This document shows positions 57,215-64,000 of a DNA stretch of 64,000 nt, piece after piece (position 1 is the first letter of the stretch; every line of letters starts with the position of its first letter). The translations under genes and the position numbers were made by a program. The notes beneath the pieces are model-generated. The model saw only the letters and a program-made list of their open reading frames with translations, searched no databases and was not told the DNA's origin. This DNA is from the human T2T-CHM13v2.0 reference genome, Homo sapiens, in assembly GCF_009914755.1 (NCBI RefSeq), contig NC_060931.1; one strand, given 5' to 3'.

Positions 57215-57582
57215 TGATAAGGTTTGGCTGTGTCCCCATCCAAATCTCATCTTGAATTGTAATAATCCCCACGTGTCAAGGGTGGGACCAGGTGGAGATA
57301 ATTGAATCATGGGGTCAGTTTCCCCCATACTATTCTCATGATAGTGAGTGAGTTCTCAGGAGGTCTGATGGTCTTATAAGGTGCTTTTTCCCCTTTAGCT
57401 CGGCAATTCTTCTTGCTGCTGCCATCCAAGAAGGATGTGTTTACTTCCCCTTCCACCATGATTGTAAGTTTCCTGAGGCCTCCCCAGCCATGCTGAACTG
57501 TGAGTCAATTAAACCTCTTTCCTTTATAAATTACCCACTCTTCGGTATGTCTTTATTAACAGTGTAAGAAAGGATGAATACA
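57215..57582 (+). mobile_element. THE1 (ERVL-MaLR) solo LTR
   Basis: TG...CA termini (TGATAAGGTTTGGCTGTGTCCCC ... GAATACA); perfect 5-bp TSD CTTTG at 57210-57214 and 57583-57587. Confidence 0.92.
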
Positions 57583-58664
57583 CTTTGCTACTAAGTCCTT
57601 GTTCATGGTAAATTGTATATGCTATGCCATGCCGTGTCTTAGGATGGGCTCTGGTGACCGTTCAGTTTAACAGACATCACTTAATGCTTGATAGCTAAAG
57701 TAAATCTTACACACAGGTCATAACTTGGCAGTTCCCCAGGAAGATTTTTTTTGTTACCTCTGGCATAAAGTTTATTCTAGAGTAAAGCCTCACCAAATTA
57801 ACAGCAGGTTTCTAAAAGTCCACTCTCTGTCCTTTCCTGGACATTCTTCTGCTTTGCTTTTCTCATTTTTACTTTTTTTTCTCTCTGACACCTTATTTCT
57901 TTTTTCCTCATCTTACATTCATCAACATACAGTGGCTGAAATACTGAGTCTAAGGGCATAGAAGGAGGGGTGGCAGTGAGTGGGGACAAGTGTGCACGGA
58001 GTAAGAAGAAAACTCAGCCCAGCTCCTGCATCTTCGAAACTCAAGCCCTGCCAGAGTTCCAAGGTCTTTTGATTTCCTTTGTGTTGGATTTAGAGTGATC
58101 ATCTCTGAAAAACAGAGACCGAGTCAGAAGAGACTCATTTCTCATCTCCATGCCTTAAACAAGCACAAACATTCCATCTGTCATCTCTCCTGATGGCTCC
58201 TCTGTCCTTGATGAATTTTCAAGCCATTTTTATTTGAGAGCACAGGGACATTCTCCTAACCTTTTAACAATGTCTACCTGTCATGGAGCTTGAGAGATTT
58301 CTGAAATGCAGGCTGTTAGCCTCTTTACTTCCAAATAACAAATGCTTGAAATGCATCAAGGTTATATGGGCATTTCTGCTGTGATGTTGGACAGGCAGAG
58401 AAATGCCTGTTTATTGATGGTAATAGTGTAGAAATGTCCCTAAGTACACATTCTACACAGCTGGTCCTCACCCGAGTGTGCTGCCTTGTTTGGTTCCACT
58501 TTTGCAGCAGCTCAGGGAGGCACCCAAGATGGGCACACCCTGAGCCTCTCAACTCCAGTGAAACTCTGGTTTACTCACATGTTCCAAAGCATAGTGGATT
58601 CCAACTTTCGGCCTGGAACAAGAGTTGGTACAATGCAATTCTTTTATTAGAACTCAAGGAGCTG

Positions 58665-59553
<889 letters not shown>

Positions 59554-59579
59554 ACTCACAGGACTTTCAAGTGGAAGCA

Positions 59580-59740
59580 ACCTTAACAACCATCTAACCT
59601 TCCTCTTTATGTCACACATGAAAGAACCAAGACTCAGAGAGGCTGAGTGAGTTGCCCAAGGCCACACAGCCTGGTGACATCAGGGCCTGGCAAGAGTCCG
59701 TATCTCCAGGCATTCTGTCTAGTACTCTGCCGCCAGCTAT
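59580..59740 (-). mobile_element. MIR
   Basis: Contains gactcagagaggctgagtgagttgcccaaggccacacagc. Confidence 0.65.
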
Positions 59741-59849
59741 GTTCTCTCTCATGGGAAACTGCCCTCATGAGCCCTATGTGCAGGACTTTGGTGGTGGATA
59801 AAGGATACTGCAGCAGCTACTGGAGCTGTGGCAAACATGATTGCTAAGT

Positions 59850-60420
59850 GGAGGGATGGTGCACAATTGTGAGGTGGCAATGCAGGCCTCTGGTACAGGG
59901 GTGACTTGGGCCTGGCATAAATCAATACACATTCCCTGTGGTAATACTGGGGAAGGAGTACTGGCTTCATTCAATTCATTAGCTAATGACCCAGCAATTC
60001 TACTCCTGGGTACACATAATAGAAACGAATGTTTATTTCTACCAACAGACACATGCAGGAATATTTATTACAGCTTTATTCACAAGAGCCCCAAGCAGAA
60101 AATAGCCCAAATGTCATCAGCTTTAGAATAGATAAATAAATCGTATATTCACAGAATGGAATGCTATACTACAACAACAACAACAACAACAAAAAAAAAA
60201 AAAACAATAAACTATCGCTATACTCAACAACATAGGTGAATATCATAGGCATAATGTTGAACAAAAGAAGTCCAACATAGAAGAATACAGGCTGCATAAG
60301 GCCATTTACATAGTGTTTAAGAACAGGCAAAATTATTATTATTACTATACTCACCACTACACTAAAGAGGAAGGAACAGGCAAAATTAATCTTTGGTGAT
60401 AAATATCAGAGAAGTGGTTG
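59850..60420 (+). mobile_element. Old L1M 3' fragment
   Basis: Contains atgacccagcaattctactcctggg...gcagg aatattt...cagctttattcacaa...atgttgaacaaaagaag. Confidence 0.7.
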
Positions 60421-60754
60421 CCTTTGTGCATTGTTTTCTGCATGTTGCCACATAAAGCATATTTACTGATAAACTGTGTACACCTCACCTGTGTACCAAA
60501 GTCACCCACATTTTCCCAGTCTTTAGGGTAGCATAGGGTGGTCATTGCACAAGGCCGGGAATACTTAGTCCCTTTGGATTCTGGGGTAGGAGGTAGAGAC
60601 TGGCTCAGGGGTTACAGGGGTCTCTTAGGGCACTGACCAGGGACAAAAACTATAGAGAATAGGTTGGAGCCTGAGGAATTATTTGAATGTATTGTTTCTT
60701 GATGGCTGGTGAATGACAGAAGGAAAGTCATTTACTCCCAAGACTTGGCTGTTT

Positions 60755-61050
<296 letters not shown>

Positions 61051-61267
61051 TCACCTGTAAATAACTACCCATAAAAAACTACTCCTAATATATTAATAAT
61101 ATGCACACATAACCTTTTATTTCTCCAAGAAAAATGGGACCATATTGTATATACTGTTCTTAACCTGCTGGGTTTTTTGCTTAATGCATTGTGATTCTGT
61201 TTTCCATGTTATGAAATGTTCTTTTACAATAGTATTTTTAATTATTGTGTAGTGTTTCTTTGTGTAA

Positions 61268-61935
<668 letters not shown>

Positions 61936-63617
61936 TAAAACATCAACATTATTAACAATTATGCTGATGAAGATTCTTGCAGGCAACTCACTGTGCATAT
62001 TTATGATTATCCCCTAGGATAAGTTTCTAGCAATGAAATTACGGGGGACAAGAGTATGTACAGTGTCAGCTCTCTCATGTGTCTTACGTCTGCATGCTGA
62101 AACAATTTATGGTTTAGGGACATGCAATAGTTGTTTCCTGTATCCCTAATGACGCTGAATACATCGTTTTTCAAACCATTACCAATTTGGTAAGCAGAGC
62201 TCAATAGCTCAAAGTTTTAATATGCATTTATTTTATTATTAGCAAGGTTGAACTTTTTTACATACATGTTTTTATTTGTATTTCTGCATATGTCAATTCA
62301 TGTTCTTTGTCCATTTCTCTATTGGTGTACTCATCTTTTCTAAAATATTATTTTAATTAATTATGGTTTTTAACTTAATACTATTTATCTTTACTTTTTA
62401 ATTATTCATCTTTAAAATGTATAATTAATTATTTTAATTTATAACATTACTTACAATTTTTTATACTACTAATTACGACTTTATACTTTAAGCCATTTTA
62501 TATCTATTTTTGTTAATCTTTCAAATTTGTTCTCATTTTTTATAATTGCTGTTATCTAATTTGAGCCTTTTGAAATACTTTTTTCAATCATTTTATTGCC
62601 TTATATCATTCTTTTTATCCCCTTCTTATTTCTCTTGAAAATCATCTCCTCTGTTTTTAATTATCTCTTTCAATGACTTTTAAACTAATAGGAGAAAAAG
62701 TGGGAAGAGAAATAGTAAGTGTGGGGAGAGTCCATGATGTTCTAGAGAGTTTAGGAGCCTTCTTTCCCCGGCTGCCCCGAGGCTATTCTTCCACTGGACC
62801 TCCTTTCCTTCCAAGGCTGGTTTCCCTGCCCTCAGGGACCCACAGAGCAATCCTCCTGACCACAGCCTGTGTGTGTGTATGTAGGAATGCCATTGTCTCT
62901 GGACCTCTGCCTCCACACCTTTCACAGAGAGCTATGAGATGATCAGTGGGGTCCCTGACACACACAGCCACTAGATTTGGGGCAAGCTGTGCCAACGATA
63001 TCCCAGGAGAAAGGAGGGGAAGGTGGGCAGAAGAAGACATCTAGGGAAGGGCACTCTGCAAATTGCCTTTCTCCTAACTGTGGAGAGAAACCAAGGGGTG
63101 TCGCATCTCTAGAACAGCTCCCACTCTCCTTCCTTGTACTGTGAGCTCCTTGAACGCAGGGACTCTGTCTTCTTCAACTTTATATTCAGTCCATACTGGA
63201 TCCCTAGTCTTCCGACGCATGTTTGTTAAATGAATTAATTAACGTGAACCAAGTATGTTCTCTTTTCTAAAGGGCCAGCATCGTGTGGTGGGGTCAGAAA
63301 TCTTAGGTTGTAACTCCAGCTTTATAATTAGTAAAGTAAGACCTATAGCGAGATCATGGATATAATGTTTAATTTCTCTAATTGTTGGCTTTCTCGTTTC
63401 TAAAAAAAGGATAATACCTAACCAATTTACTTTATAAGGGTAAAATAAGGAAAACCCTATAGGTTGTTATGGAGATTTCAGAAGAAGTTTTTAAGTCATT
63501 TAAATGTAAAAGTTGTTTGGGAAAATTTAATTAGAATACAAAATAACTAAGATATGAGTGCCCTTTTCCCTCACTCTTGCCCAATACTCAGGTGTGGCTG
63601 GTCCACTCAGCAGGTCC

Positions 63618-63912
63618 TGTTGTAAGTTCTTGTCACACGACCAGGAAAGATTAGGCACGCAGACACTTTGAAGGGTGAGGGGTTACAGAATTTATTGAGG
63701 GAAAAGGAAAAAGACTCTCGGCAAAGCAAGAGGGGCTCCTGTTAACAGGCCCCCATCTTACAGATTGAATTTCAGGTCACCACCCAGGAACAGGAGAAGC
63801 CAGGCTCCTCCCCACTGCAAATGGCACAAACTTCCTGAGGCCTCACCCCATCCTCCCAGTGTGCAGGCCAGTTGGAAATTTTCCAGGGAGCCCTTTTTAC
63901 TTGGCTGTCTCA
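63618..63912 (-). mobile_element. ERV1 solo LTR (MER61-like)
   Basis: TG...CA termini; minus strand begins TGAGACAGCCAAGTAAAAAGGG; 4-bp TSD GTCC at 63614-63617 and 63913-63916. Confidence 0.8.
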
Positions 63913-64000
63913 GTCCCACTGTCCTTTTTCTCCATCCCACACCTGATGGAGCTACTCAGTGGAGGCAGAGGCACCAGGCTGGGTGAATCTCTGTAGGAAA

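Overview
Human (primate) genomic DNA covering the 5' end of CHCHD3 (MIC19, a MICOS subunit) on the minus strand. It contains the CpG-island promoter (~49.3-49.9 kb), coding exon 1 (49384-49464), exon 2 (37674-37761) and 37 kb of intron 2; exon 3 lies left of the window. Inside intron 2, in the same orientation as the host, is a full-length EEF1G retrocopy with an uninterrupted 437-codon ORF, a 5'TOP leader, ATTAAA, a poly(A) tail and 13-bp TSDs. The annotated MIR3654 hairpin lies within it. The most interesting observation is that the insertion junction (TSD plus one extra G) forms a CAG. If used as an acceptor, it would join CHCHD3 exon 2 in frame to the whole EEF1G ORF, giving a predicted 500-aa chimera. 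The acceptor is weak and there is no expression evidence here. The rest is repeat-rich: about 30 Alu/FLAM/FRAM copies, four solo LTRs, Tigger and hAT DNA transposons, L1/L2/MIR relics, and a U6 pseudogene nested in a Tigger3. Smaller oddities include two locally templated insertions, an Alu carrying a 3' extra segment inside its TSDs, and a triple-nested Alu. Repeat subfamily names and parent-gene comparisons are from memory and need RepeatMasker/BLAT confirmation.
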